DNA of 58,241 nucleotides from Candidatus Poribacteria bacterium (GCA_036339735.1 JAYZAL010000049.1:1-58241), one strand, 5' to 3'; positions 32,116 to 42,635 are shown, numbered from the stretch's first letter. The notes: generated from the letters alone by a model not told the origin. A program made the numbers and translations.

Positions 32116-32967
32116 TTGAATAGGCACCCCACGATTAGCAAGTTAATCAAGCATCGATCAGCTGTGTTTGGCATGGGTATCCTATTTTTCTTTATTTGTG
32201 TAGCGGTTCTCGTCCCGTTTTTAGCCACCCACCCACCCGATACTGGAGAAGTGAGTAAACGACTTCAAGCCCCCTCAAAAGAACACTGGCTTGGAACAGA
32301 TCGAGTAGGCAAGGACGTGTACAGTCGATTAATTTACGGATCTCGTATTTCCATCAAAATTGGATTAATTGCGGTCGTCGGTTCGGTTTTGATTGGTTCT
32401 TTTTTCGGTTTAATGGCGGGTTATTATGGGGGATGGGTCGATAACATATTGATGAGAATACTAGATATGATACTCGCTCTGCCCAGCATTCTATTAGCGA
32501 TTGTGATTGTTACCATTTTGGGTGCAAATTTAACTAATGCGATTGTGGCAGTTTCAATTGTCTATATTCCACAATATGCCAGAATTTTGCGGGCGACGGT
32601 CCTTAAAATTAAGGAGCTTGAGTTTGTCTTAGCTGCCAAATCTGTTGGGGCCAGTGACTGGCATATCATATTTGTTGTTATTGTTCCCAACTGTTTGGCC
32701 CCATTAATAGTACAGTCAACGCTTGGTATGGGAGCGGCTATTTTAGATGCTGCCGGTCTCAGCTTTCTAGGGTTAGGAGCCAAGGTTGGAGAACCCGAGT
32801 GGGGTCTAATGTTGAGAGACCATTTCACTCTGATTAGACAGGCACCTTGGACTGTATTAGCACCTGGAGGTGCTATTTTTGCTATTGTGTTGGGTTTTAA
32901 TCTGCTGGGGGATGCATTGCGAGACGTTTTAGATCCGATGAATTCTCTCACTAAACTATCACATTAA
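32116..32967 (+). CDS. dppC: Peptide ABC transporter permease
   Basis: HWLGTD-x2-G-x-DVYSR, LSFLGLG, PEWG and NLLGDALRD motifs; TTG 32116 chosen to avoid overlap with dppB. Confidence 0.92.
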   Translation: MNRHPTISKLIKHRSAVFGMGILFFFICVAVLVPFLATHPPDTGEVSKRLQAPSKEHWLGTDRVGKDVYSRLIYGSRISIKIGLIAVVGSVLIGSFFGLMAGYYGGWVDNILMRILDMILALPSILLAIVIVTILGANLTNAIVAVSIVYIPQYARILRATVLKIKELEFVLAAKSVGASDWHIIFVVIVPNCLAPLIVQSTLGMGAAILDAAGLSFLGLGAKVGEPEWGLMLRDHFTLIRQAPWTVLAPGGAIFAIVLGFNLLGDALRDVLDPMNSLTKLSH

Positions 32968-32974
32968 AAATCAA

Positions 32975-34216
32975 GTGCATTTGTTTAAATACTACACGCG
33001 AACTTTTTCGTTAACTTGCTTTCGTTTGCTAGTTCTTTCACTATTGATTAATGGATCTATTTACGCTCTGGATGCACCAACGGGAGTCGAAGTTTTAGAT
33101 ACACCTGATGATAATGGAGCTAGTATACAAATCATCTGGAAGCCATCAGTCAGCGCTACTGGATATCATATTCTCAGGCGAGAAGATCAGACAAATGAAG
33201 AGCCCTTCCTTGTAGGCGAAGTTTCAGTTGATCAAGTAGAAGTTCTAAAAAATGGATTACTTCGCTACACTGACAAAAAGAACATTCGTTCTAAGACCAA
33301 CTATAGATACCAGGTAATGGCAGTCAAAGCGATCGATTTGCCAAAACCCGGAACTACTAATGATCCTTCGGAAATGACTTCTGCTACCACAGAATTAAGG
33401 AAAATTTCTGACGAAACTCCATCTATCCAAGCTAAAGGTAACTTATTCCATACAAAAAAAACTTGGGTACTTGTTTTTATTCTGCTATTTACTTCACTGA
33501 CGTTGGTGTTTATCCAAATGGCCAGAAGTGGTCGAGAAATGTTTGTCCGGAATATTAGTGCCCTGAATGCAGTCGAAGACTCCGTTGGTCGTTCTACTGA
33601 GATGGGGAGACCAATCTTTTTTGTCCCTGGTCTTCAAGGAATTGGTGACCCAGCGACTATTGCTGCTATCAATATTTTTGAGTCGGTCGCTCAGCAATCA
33701 ATCAATGATCAGACCAGAATTGTGGCTCCATGCAGAGATCCTATTGTCATGAACGTAATGCAAAACAGTTTGCAACAGGTTTGTGCCGCTACTGGTCGAC
33801 CTGAAATGTACAATCAAGATGATGTGTTTTTTGTTAATGACAGTCAATTTGCTTATGTGGCGGCTGTCGACGGTATGATTATGAGAGATCAACCCGCTAC
33901 CGTTTTTTTACAGGGCTACTTTTATGCAGAGTCATTGATTTTAGCAGAGGTATCTCAATCTGTGGGAGCTGTTCAAATTGCTGGTACCAGTTCTGACACA
34001 CAATTACCATTCTTTATTGCCGCTTGTGATTATACTCTGATCGGAGAAGAATTATTTGCTGCTGGTGCATACATCAAAAAAGACTCACTTCAATTAGGAA
34101 CCTTGAAGGCTCAAGATTTAGTCAAACTTCTGTTATTTGGATTGATGATATTGGGAAGCTTGCTCGTTTTAATTGATTCTAGCTGGGTTCTCAATCTATT
34201 TTCGACTGATTGGTGA
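32975..34216 (+). CDS. Fibronectin-III-like plus DUF6754-type domain membrane protein
   Basis: DTPDDNG...Y-x-Y-x-V-x-A FN3-like N-terminus; one TM segment; then GRSTEMGRP, QFAY, FYAESLILAE and QLPFFIAACDYTLIGEELFAAGAY. Confidence 0.75.
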   Translation: MHLFKYYTRTFSLTCFRLLVLSLLINGSIYALDAPTGVEVLDTPDDNGASIQIIWKPSVSATGYHILRREDQTNEEPFLVGEVSVDQVEVLKNGLLRYTDKKNIRSKTNYRYQVMAVKAIDLPKPGTTNDPSEMTSATTELRKISDETPSIQAKGNLFHTKKTWVLVFILLFTSLTLVFIQMARSGREMFVRNISALNAVEDSVGRSTEMGRPIFFVPGLQGIGDPATIAAINIFESVAQQSINDQTRIVAPCRDPIVMNVMQNSLQQVCAATGRPEMYNQDDVFFVNDSQFAYVAAVDGMIMRDQPATVFLQGYFYAESLILAEVSQSVGAVQIAGTSSDTQLPFFIAACDYTLIGEELFAAGAYIKKDSLQLGTLKAQDLVKLLLFGLMILGSLLVLIDSSWVLNLFSTDW

Positions 34217-34226
34217 TAGTAGGTCA

Positions 34227-35342
34227 ATGAAACGAAAACTTCCCATTCTTTTGTGTTCGTTACTTGGTTTTTGCTTGGTGTTACAATACTTCGTTCCACA
34301 TGAAGAGTCATCAAGAGTTTTCAAGGGATTGAATGACTGGATAAGAATTATCTCAGTTTTTGCTTTTGTGATTGGTCTAGGTAGCCTAGTTAGGGTGCAT
34401 TTGCGACGCATTGCCATGAAGTCTGAATATTGGCGTTATAGTCTGGTGGTTTTTGCGGGTCTTCTCTTAATGCCAGTGGCTGCTTTAATTGACTATGCCA
34501 CCACCCAAGATCCATTAGCCAACTTGCCTGCGGATAGTAATCTGTCAGGAGGTGATCTATCTGATGATCTTCGCTCAACACTTGAGCAACAAGGTCTTAA
34601 ATTAGCTCCGAAAGTCAGAGTGAAATCCAAAGGGAGCCAGTGGCGCTTAGAGGAACAAAAATTGAGATTTAGATCTGGTTTAATTAAACCAGAAACTATT
34701 TCTTCTCTCAATAATAGTCGTATCAGTAATAGTTTACGCCAATTATTTACTGAGAATGGGCATAGTCTACCTGATGATACTAAAGTTAAAGTACAGAAAA
34801 AAGGGCGACAATGGTTGTTAGAAAGTGGATCAGTCTGGTATCTGGTGAAAAATGAAGATAGTCAAGAAGTGACTGTTTGGGGAAGTAGTAATGCTGTATA
34901 CGACATCCAAAAATCAGATAATGGGAATTGGGTGGTCTACCCTAGCCGCCAGTTCGGTTATCAGGGACAAAAAGTTCAGTGGATCTTCTTGAATGTCTAT
35001 GTTCCCTTAGACGCAACAATGTTTTCGTTATTGGCTTTCTTTATCGCTTCTGCTGCGTATCGTTCTTTTCGGGCTAGAACCGTTGATGCGACTTTATTAC
35101 TTTTGGCTGGCATAATTTTGATGTTTGCTAACGCGCCATTACTTTCTAATCAACTATGGCAATTCATGTTCGGCAAGCTGACTTTTTTACCCGACGCCTT
35201 TCCTACTATTGTTAAGGACTGGGTTTTGCAAGTTCCTGGTATGGCTGCTCGCCGTGCGATTCAAATGGGCTTGGCTTTGGGGGCTATTTCCCAGTCCTTA
35301 CGGATCTTACTCGGTATCGACCGGTCTTGGATGGGAGAATAG
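34227..35342 (+). CDS. Conserved hypothetical membrane protein (DUF6754 cluster, gene 2)
   Basis: ATG 34227; PLDATMFSLLAFFIASAAYRSFRAR, AARRAI and LRILLGIDR motifs; soluble insert with two repeats. Confidence 0.75.
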   Translation: MKRKLPILLCSLLGFCLVLQYFVPHEESSRVFKGLNDWIRIISVFAFVIGLGSLVRVHLRRIAMKSEYWRYSLVVFAGLLLMPVAALIDYATTQDPLANLPADSNLSGGDLSDDLRSTLEQQGLKLAPKVRVKSKGSQWRLEEQKLRFRSGLIKPETISSLNNSRISNSLRQLFTENGHSLPDDTKVKVQKKGRQWLLESGSVWYLVKNEDSQEVTVWGSSNAVYDIQKSDNGNWVVYPSRQFGYQGQKVQWIFLNVYVPLDATMFSLLAFFIASAAYRSFRARTVDATLLLLAGIILMFANAPLLSNQLWQFMFGKLTFLPDAFPTIVKDWVLQVPGMAARRAIQMGLALGAISQSLRILLGIDRSWMGE

Positions 35343-35345
35343 GCT

Positions 35346-36194
35346 ATGTTGCAAAAGCTATTATCGATTGATCGGCGATGGATTTTTCTGATTATAGCTA
35401 TTGTAGTCTTAATCCCAGCCACACTCAAAATCTCGGCACCTGTATCGACAATTTCTAATGCTACCCAGCAGTTGTATGACACTATTGAAAAATTTGATCC
35501 AGGTCAAGTAATAATGATCTCTCTGGATTATGGCCCTTCCTCTATGGCTGAGCTACAACCTCAACTGACAGCACTCCTACATCATTGTTTTGCCAAAGAC
35601 TTAAAAGTCATCGGTTTCAACTGGTTAATTTTTGACTCAGTATTACTAGGACAGAAAGAGTTTGAGCGAGTCGCTAAATTGCACCAAAAAACTTATGGAG
35701 TTGACCACTGTTATTTGGGTTACAAGCCTGGAGCAGTCGCCAACCTGCTAAATATGGGCAAAAATATTGCCAGCGTTTACCCAAAAGATGTTCACAACAC
35801 CGCGCTTAGTGAAATTCCAATGATGAAATCAGTCAAAAATTATGATGATATCGCGTTAGTCATTGATTTAGCGTCAGTAGGTGCACCACCAGCTTGGATC
35901 AACTTTGTTTATGGTCGATTCCAACAAACTCTAGCATTAGGCGTAACTGGGGTAATGATTTCCGAATTGTATCCGGCTTTAGATGCGGGCCAGATCGTCG
36001 GAATTTTACCGGGCCTTCTAGGCGCAGCCGAATATGAAAGTCTGATACAAGAAGCTGGTTACTCCAGCGAAGGTGGGGATGGTGCCACAGGTATGGGTAT
36101 CCAATCTTTTCTTCATTTAGTACTAATATTAATAATTATTTTATGCAACTTGGCTTTTTTCATCGACCGGCGAAAACGGAGAATTCAAACATAG
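35346..36194 (+). CDS. Conserved hypothetical membrane-anchored protein (DUF6754 cluster, gene 3)
   Basis: IDRRWIF, DYGP-x3-AEL, YGVD-x2-YLGY-x-PG and GLLGAAEYE motifs. Confidence 0.75.
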   Translation: MLQKLLSIDRRWIFLIIAIVVLIPATLKISAPVSTISNATQQLYDTIEKFDPGQVIMISLDYGPSSMAELQPQLTALLHHCFAKDLKVIGFNWLIFDSVLLGQKEFERVAKLHQKTYGVDHCYLGYKPGAVANLLNMGKNIASVYPKDVHNTALSEIPMMKSVKNYDDIALVIDLASVGAPPAWINFVYGRFQQTLALGVTGVMISELYPALDAGQIVGILPGLLGAAEYESLIQEAGYSSEGGDGATGMGIQSFLHLVLILIIILCNLAFFIDRRKRRIQT

Positions 36195-36197
36195 TCT

Positions 36198-37292
36198 ATG
36201 GCGACCTTAGGCATCCTAATTGGTATTGCTCTCACACTTTGTGTGTTCAGTTTTTTATATCGGGATAACCCATTTTACACTTTTGCCGAGCATCTTTTCG
36301 TTGGTCTTGCTGCCGGTTACGGCATTGTCGTTCAAATTAAGGATGGTTTAATTGGTACAATTTGGGAAAGTTTAGAATTATCGATTAATCAAGGCCAAAC
36401 GCTTGAAACGATTCTAATATTGATACCGGTGTTAGTTGGTTTGTTATTTTTCACCCAATTTTCTCCCAATACGTCATGGCTAATTCGAATTCCTTTTGCC
36501 ATTACTATTGGTTATGGAGCGGGTATTGCGATCCCAGCAGCGGTTGAACAAGACATTTTCAAACATGTTCATAGTACGCTCCGGCTTAATCATTTACATT
36601 CTAATCTTAAGACGGATTTGGCTGATTCGTTAGGTCAAGGTCAGCCTACTGTTGAGTTACAGGATCGTTTCCGGCAAGCTGGTTTAGTTATGACTAAAAC
36701 AGCTAAAATCAGGACTATTAAGGATGGGGCTAAGTGGCAGATCCAAGATCAAATTCAATTGTCTATAGACGGCACACCGATCATTTTTCAACAGTTGGAT
36801 AAAACTGTGATGCCTGATCTACTTAGTAGAAGTTTTATCGATGCGGGTCATGAGTTATCGTCAAGCGCTAAGATCAAAGTGTGGAAAAAAGGCCACCGTT
36901 GGCAAGTAGTAGATGGACGAATATTTAACATCAATACCAGAAACGGTAAGTTGGTTCTAGATGAAAGTTGGACGTATACCGCCAAGCAAGAAGCCACCCC
37001 GAAAGATAAACAAGTTGAACAGATTAATATCTACACCGATTTTTTTCATAGGGATGGTTGGCAAAAATTCAATTTGAGCCTAATTTTTGTTGGCGTAATT
37101 TGTACATTGACCTACTTTTTCTTTTCAGTCGAACATGAAGGCATCGTCGGTGGTATATCAAAAATAGGTGTTATTTTCATTATGGTTGGTTTTGGTGCTG
37201 CTTTTGGTAATACAGTGATGGGACGAGTATCATTGTTGATTGGTCGAGTCCAATTCTTAATTAAAGCTTTACCTAGCCTATTTGGTGGATGA
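36198..37292 (+). CDS. Conserved hypothetical membrane protein (DUF6754 cluster, gene 4)
   Basis: SFLYRDNP-x3-FAEHLFVG-x2-AGY, YFFFS and FGAAFGNTVMGRVSLLIGR motifs; soluble insert with two repeats. Confidence 0.75.
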   Translation: MATLGILIGIALTLCVFSFLYRDNPFYTFAEHLFVGLAAGYGIVVQIKDGLIGTIWESLELSINQGQTLETILILIPVLVGLLFFTQFSPNTSWLIRIPFAITIGYGAGIAIPAAVEQDIFKHVHSTLRLNHLHSNLKTDLADSLGQGQPTVELQDRFRQAGLVMTKTAKIRTIKDGAKWQIQDQIQLSIDGTPIIFQQLDKTVMPDLLSRSFIDAGHELSSSAKIKVWKKGHRWQVVDGRIFNINTRNGKLVLDESWTYTAKQEATPKDKQVEQINIYTDFFHRDGWQKFNLSLIFVGVICTLTYFFFSVEHEGIVGGISKIGVIFIMVGFGAAFGNTVMGRVSLLIGRVQFLIKALPSLFGG

Positions 37293-37341
37293 TTTGATTC
37301 ATGTTTTATTATTCAAATCGGATTAGGAGGAATAAAAATTA

Positions 37342-37767
37342 ATGTCAAGTTCAACAAACCAAGTCATAGAAGGGCTTGGAACACATCATATTGCAGTCCA
37401 GACTCGTGATTGGGAAGAATCTTTGAAGTTATATCAAGACGTTCTGGGAATGAAAATCGTGGCTGACTTCGAAGGAGCTAGTCCGAAGAGGCGTATTTTG
37501 CTACTCGATATTGGTGACGGTTCTCACATGGAGTTATTCGATACTTATGACGGTTCACCACAACCGAATGATGAAGCACCTAACGACCCAGTTTTTCATT
37601 TTGCATTGACGGTCAATGACACCAGGTCTGCCACTGAAAAAGTTCGGTCCGCAGGCTACGAAATAACGGTTGAGCCAACCACTGTCACATTAGATAAATT
37701 GGATGTCACCCTGTCTTTTTTTAAGGGGCCGAGTGGAGAAGTAATCGAATTTTTCCAGATTCACTAA
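37342..37767 (+). CDS. VOC/glyoxalase family protein
   Basis: HHIAV, MELF, HFAL-x-V and FFKGPSGEVIEF motifs; AGGAGG RBS. Confidence 0.88.
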   Translation: MSSSTNQVIEGLGTHHIAVQTRDWEESLKLYQDVLGMKIVADFEGASPKRRILLLDIGDGSHMELFDTYDGSPQPNDEAPNDPVFHFALTVNDTRSATEKVRSAGYEITVEPTTVTLDKLDVTLSFFKGPSGEVIEFFQIH

Positions 37768-37802
37768 ATTTTTTTTAGAGTATACATTTAAGGAGAAAAA
37801 AC

Positions 37803-38972
37803 ATGTCAGACTTATTTCAACCGAACCCATCAGACCAGTTCACTTTTGGTCTTTGGACCGTCGGTAATCCAGGCCGAGACCCATTCGGTGATATAGTTCG
37901 ACCCACGATCAATCCGATTGAATCGGTTCGAAAGCTAAGTCAGTTGGGAGCTTATGGAGTCAATCTGCACGATAATGACTTGGTTCCCTTCGATGCCAGT
38001 CCTAGTGAGAGAGACCAAATTGTAAAAGATTTCAAACAAGCTCTGAACGATCATGGAATGAAAGTCCCGATGGCGACCACAAATCTTTTCTTTCATCCTG
38101 TATTTCGAGATGGAGCATTTACTTCTAACGATCCCAAAGTTCGAGCATTTGCAGTTCAGAAAACTATGTCTGCTATTGATCTCGGTGTGGAACTAGGTGC
38201 CAAAATCTATGTTTTCTGGGGTGGTAGAGAAGGTGCTGAAGTGGATGCCTCGAAAAATGGACCTGACACCATTAAGTGGTTTCGGGATTCAATAAACTTT
38301 CTTTGTGACTATGTCAAAGATCAAGGATATGACCTGAAATTTGCTTTGGAACCAAAGCCTAACGAGCCGAGAGGCGACATATACATGCCAACTGTCGGTC
38401 ACATGTTGCACTTTATCGAAACTTTAGAAGACTCCTCTATGGTAGGTGTTAATCCTGAATTTGCTCATGAAACCATGGCTGGATTGAATTTTCTCCATGG
38501 AGTATCTCAAGCTTTAGAAGCGGGAAAGCTATTTCATATTGACCTCAATGATCAAAAGATGGGTCGATTTGACCAAGATCTACGTTTCGGTTCTGAAAAC
38601 ATCAAGGCTGCCTTTCTATTGGTTAAACTGTTAGAGGACAATGAATGGGGCGGTATGCGTCACTTTGATGCTCATGCTTACCGAACTGAAGACCAAGAAG
38701 GTGTTTGGGATTTCGCAGCTGGTTGTATGCGAACCTACTTGATTTTGAAAGAAAAAGTGAATCAGTTCAATGAAGACTCGGAAATTCAGGGTATTTTAGC
38801 GGAAGTTCAAGCCAAAGATACAGAATTAGAAGCCTTAATTTCTGGTTATAGTAACGACAAAGCTCAGAAATTACGATCTACTGATTTTGATCCAGATGAA
38901 ATTGCATCCAAAGGTTGCTCCTATGAAAAACTGGATCAATTGACCGTCGAGATTCTGCTTGGTGTTCGTTAG
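37803..38972 (+). CDS. xylA: Xylose isomerase (short, class I type)
   Basis: [37 protein letters not shown]-x2-H, KLFHIDLN and DQDLRFG motifs. Confidence 0.95.
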   Translation: MSDLFQPNPSDQFTFGLWTVGNPGRDPFGDIVRPTINPIESVRKLSQLGAYGVNLHDNDLVPFDASPSERDQIVKDFKQALNDHGMKVPMATTNLFFHPVFRDGAFTSNDPKVRAFAVQKTMSAIDLGVELGAKIYVFWGGREGAEVDASKNGPDTIKWFRDSINFLCDYVKDQGYDLKFALEPKPNEPRGDIYMPTVGHMLHFIETLEDSSMVGVNPEFAHETMAGLNFLHGVSQALEAGKLFHIDLNDQKMGRFDQDLRFGSENIKAAFLLVKLLEDNEWGGMRHFDAHAYRTEDQEGVWDFAAGCMRTYLILKEKVNQFNEDSEIQGILAEVQAKDTELEALISGYSNDKAQKLRSTDFDPDEIASKGCSYEKLDQLTVEILLGVR

Positions 38973-38984
38973 AGTAGAAGATCT

Positions 38985-39266
38985 ATGCCTATCAGGCAGA
39001 CAAAAACGATGTTGGTTGGTCCGATTTGTTTATTCTTATTCTGGTGTCTGACATTAGACGCCATCGGACACTCAACCTTCTTACCTCACCATGTTGATGA
39101 CTTTTCGCTCCAGCAACGTATCGACTGGCGCCAGACAGTGGTAATAGCAACCATCGTTTTTGTCTTTGCCTTAGGATTATTTATCTACTTAGTAATTAGT
39201 GGGTTGCCAAATGAGGACGAGCAGCAATTCAATCAGACTGATAATTCGATCGAAAATAATAAATAA
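38985..39266 (+). CDS. Small hypothetical membrane protein
   Basis: Two hydrophobic segments; fills the operon gap between xylA and the Gfo gene with 12-bp spacers. Confidence 0.55.
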   Translation: MPIRQTKTMLVGPICLFLFWCLTLDAIGHSTFLPHHVDDFSLQQRIDWRQTVVIATIVFVFALGLFIYLVISGLPNEDEQQFNQTDNSIENNK

Positions 39267-39278
39267 GGGAATTCACAA

Positions 39279-40448
39279 ATGTCGCAACTGAAAGTTGGAT
39301 TAATTGGGTGTGGAGGGATTTCAGGTGCCCATATGGGTGGTTATCGAGAACTATGGGACAAAGATTTTCGGCTCTTCGACATTGTTGCTGCTGCTGATGT
39401 CAATATTGATGCTGCCAACACAAGAGCCGGAGAAGCACAAGAAATTCAGGGAGGAAATAAACCAAAGGCCTACGATACGGTAGCCGAAATGTTGGATAAT
39501 CATCCTGAGATCGATTGTGTAGATATTTGCACTTTACATAGCGAGCACCATGGTTTGGCAACTCAAGCCCTACAAGCTGGTAAACACGTCATTATTGAAA
39601 AGCCGTTGGGAATTACTATGCGAGCGGGGAAACAAATTATCGATGCCGCCACTACTAATAACCGTGTCCTATCAGTAGCGGAAAACTATCGTCTTAGTCG
39701 ACATGAGCGAGCTCGCCGTTGGGCTGTTCAACAAGGCATGATTGGTGATGTCCGCATGTTTTTTTGGATTGATGTAGGTGAGAGCCTAGGAAAATGGGGG
39801 TGGCGAAACTTCAAAATGAAAGCCGGTGGTGGTTGGGCCTTAGATGGTGGTGTACATTTTACTGATCTGATGCGTTTTCATCTCGGTCTAGAAGCTAAAG
39901 AGGTTTATGCCGTCAATAAAGCCTACGAGCCATTTCGTTATGGAGATGTAAAAGAGAGATCAGACGGATACGAAGTCGATGTTGAGGATTGTATGATCTC
40001 GACTATCACATTCGATCAGGGGGTTTCGGCTCAATGGACTTGGGTCGGTTCTGCACCGGGGCAGGGCTTCAATCGAAAAACCATTTACGGGTCAGAAGGG
40101 TCGCTAGATTGGGGGTCAGGTCTGCATCAACGGAATACTGGTGACTTGATAAGCACTGATGAAATTTACCAAAAGTTTATGTCTAGCCTCAGTGAAAGTG
40201 AGCAGGAATACTTTTTCCCTCGCGACATCGATAACACCATAGCAATTGAACTAAAGTATTTTGCTGATGCTATTAACAGTGGGAGCCAACCAGAAGTTGA
40301 CGGTCTAGAAGGTTATCGATCTCAGGCTATTTGCATGGCGGTATATGAATCGGGATATTTTGGCCGGTCTGTTACTATTGAAGAGATCGAAAATTTATCT
40401 TTGGAAGGATATCAAAAAGAGATTAATGACGAAATAGGCGTGGAATAA
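39279..40448 (+). CDS. Gfo/Idh/MocA family oxidoreductase
   Basis: VGLIGCGGI, GKHVIIEKP, AENYR and DGGVH motifs. Confidence 0.92.
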   Translation: MSQLKVGLIGCGGISGAHMGGYRELWDKDFRLFDIVAAADVNIDAANTRAGEAQEIQGGNKPKAYDTVAEMLDNHPEIDCVDICTLHSEHHGLATQALQAGKHVIIEKPLGITMRAGKQIIDAATTNNRVLSVAENYRLSRHERARRWAVQQGMIGDVRMFFWIDVGESLGKWGWRNFKMKAGGGWALDGGVHFTDLMRFHLGLEAKEVYAVNKAYEPFRYGDVKERSDGYEVDVEDCMISTITFDQGVSAQWTWVGSAPGQGFNRKTIYGSEGSLDWGSGLHQRNTGDLISTDEIYQKFMSSLSESEQEYFFPRDIDNTIAIELKYFADAINSGSQPEVDGLEGYRSQAICMAVYESGYFGRSVTIEEIENLSLEGYQKEINDEIGVE

Positions 40449-40538
40449 TTACAATTCAAATATATTACTCAACCTAAAGAGCGTCTTTCTTATTGAACTA
40501 TCTTGGCGCTCTTTCCAACAGTTAAACTAACAAAGAGA

Positions 40539-41342
40539 ATGCTAATGACACCGAGCCAACGCTATTTTTTTGATGTTACTGGTTATTTACACATCAAGAA
40601 CGCATTAACCGAAAAAGAATTATCTGACGGACGCTTAGCTTGCGAACGGTATATGAAAATAGAGGACAATCAATTTCCAAATGGTTTTGGTAAAGATGGT
40701 AAACGATACATTAATGGGTTTGCCTTCGACCGGTGCTTAGAACGACTTGTTTTTCACCCATCGACTTGGCCTATTATTATGGAACTTACAAACGGGAAAC
40801 CCAAACTAGTCAGTGGAACGCTCCAGATTGACCAACCCGGGGCCGAAGGTGGTGGACTACATTGTGCTAGGGATGACTACGGCTGGGAGAGTTGCAGGTA
40901 TGAGGTGAAGAATAGTCGGATTTATTGTGACAATTTTGTCGTGTTTCCTTATTTTGATGATGTACTACCTGGGGATGGAGGATTGTTACTAGTTCCAGGA
41001 TCACATAAAGCACAATTCGATCGACCTCGCCATTTGTTCCAAGATGGGCACCCGTCTGATTCTAAGAATCTACCAGAAGGAATAGTTAATGTCACGCCGA
41101 AAGCTGGTGATATTTTAGTCATGCCCGAATTGATGACACATGGTATTCTTCCCTGGCAACCCACTGACCGGCTCCGACGTATCCTGGTATTACGGTATGC
41201 ACCACAATACCGAGGTGGTGGGGGCGTACCAGAATCACTTGAGGGCCGGTTACTACCAGAAACTCAAGAGTTGATGTCTTCGGCACACTACACTCATGTG
41301 AAAACGATCACCGAGATTGAGCCGAACTTGTTACAGGGCTGA
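40539..41342 (+). CDS. PhyH-family Fe(II)/2OG enzyme with HxA in place of HxD
   Basis: FFDVTGYL, LHCAR, DGGLLLVPGSHK, AGD and THG motifs; ATG 40539. Confidence 0.85.
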   Translation: MLMTPSQRYFFDVTGYLHIKNALTEKELSDGRLACERYMKIEDNQFPNGFGKDGKRYINGFAFDRCLERLVFHPSTWPIIMELTNGKPKLVSGTLQIDQPGAEGGGLHCARDDYGWESCRYEVKNSRIYCDNFVVFPYFDDVLPGDGGLLLVPGSHKAQFDRPRHLFQDGHPSDSKNLPEGIVNVTPKAGDILVMPELMTHGILPWQPTDRLRRILVLRYAPQYRGGGGVPESLEGRLLPETQELMSSAHYTHVKTITEIEPNLLQG

Positions 41343-42635
41343 GGCCAGATAGGGAACTAAACAACTGAGAGTGCGCTGGGTAGCGCCCAAATTACTTTCG
41401 ATTATGTGATTGGCTTTTTGTCCAACTTCTTTGCATATTGATGGTGCAGATAGCCAATCTATCATTACAGAATGTAGCTGTTGACTATTCTGAATCATTT
41501 TTGCCCCTCCTAACTGGACTAACAGCTGTGCTTCCTGTGCATTATCAATAGTCGGTCCGAAGATTACCGGTTTTGCCATTACTGCTGGCTCCATTACATT
41601 ATGAACACTACCGTGGAAGCTTCCACCAACAAAAGTTATATCTGCCAGTCGGTATAATTGGGCCAGAATGCCGACGGTATCGATTACAACGACATCTACT
41701 TGAGATAAATCGCTGGAATCATCAAGTTCTGTGTATTTGGCAAAAGTAAGATTTCTATTACGTAAGTGTTGGGTGAGATTCTGGACATGTTTTGGGTTGG
41801 GTTCGTGCGGTACAATCAACAGATGAGGTTGAATAGACTGGTGCGTTTGTTTAATCTGTTTGATTGCTGTAACTAGAACTTTCTCTTCTTCTGCGTATGT
41901 ACTTCCAGCTACTAAAATAGGCCGACTCAATGTCGATTGCCCAGGTAGAAAATTTTCGGTTTTCACTGCCGAAGATGCTCGAGCGTGAACCTGATCGAAT
42001 CTTGTATCGCCAGTTATAACGATCCTGGAGGAAGATGGGCAAATTTGGCGAAAACGGTTTGCATCTGCCTCAGACACAACACAATGCAGGTCTATTTGTT
42101 GATGAACTGACCGAAAAAACTTATTGGCCAGAGGGTGTAGACGCTTTGATTTGGGTTGTAATGTGCCTGCAATCAAAACAGTTTTGACGTCTCGCTTCTT
42201 GGCTTGCCACACCAAGTTGGGCCAAATATCGAACTTAGAAAAGACTAAGATCGATGGTTGAATTAGATCTATTAGTCGGTGGGCATTTTGCTTGCTATCT
42301 AACGGTAGATAAATGGCAGCATCTGCAAATTGGTAGCTATTGGCCTGATGCGAAACAGAAGGAGAAAAATAAGTTAATACAATTCGATAATCAGGATGAA
42401 GATATTCAATGAGCGGTTTGCATTGCTCAAATTCTCCCACGGAGGTAAAGTGAAACCACAGGGTTTGCTCTAAATCACGAGCAGTGGAGAGTTGATTAGA
42501 AAGGGACTCGAAAACCGATCGGCGATCGGCGAGGCCCTGACGTATCTTTTGATCAAACAACGACAGGGCCTGAAAACTAGTGTGAAGTGTAGGTAATACA
42601 ATCTTGTCGTAGAAGAACTCCCAGTCAGCCAACAT
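41331..42635 (-). CDS. waaA: 3-deoxy-D-manno-octulosonic acid (Kdo) transferase
   Basis: WFHFTSVGE, YLPLD, IWPN, VAGST, FVGGSF and HNVMEPA-x5-VIFGP motifs. Confidence 0.9.
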   Translation of the reverse strand: MLADWEFFYDKIVLPTLHTSFQALSLFDQKIRQGLADRRSVFESLSNQLSTARDLEQTLWFHFTSVGEFEQCKPLIEYLHPDYRIVLTYFSPSVSHQANSYQFADAAIYLPLDSKQNAHRLIDLIQPSILVFSKFDIWPNLVWQAKKRDVKTVLIAGTLQPKSKRLHPLANKFFRSVHQQIDLHCVVSEADANRFRQICPSSSRIVITGDTRFDQVHARASSAVKTENFLPGQSTLSRPILVAGSTYAEEEKVLVTAIKQIKQTHQSIQPHLLIVPHEPNPKHVQNLTQHLRNRNLTFAKYTELDDSSDLSQVDVVVIDTVGILAQLYRLADITFVGGSFHGSVHNVMEPAVMAKPVIFGPTIDNAQEAQLLVQLGGAKMIQNSQQLHSVMIDWLSAPSICKEVGQKANHIIESNLGATQRTLSCLVPYLASAL

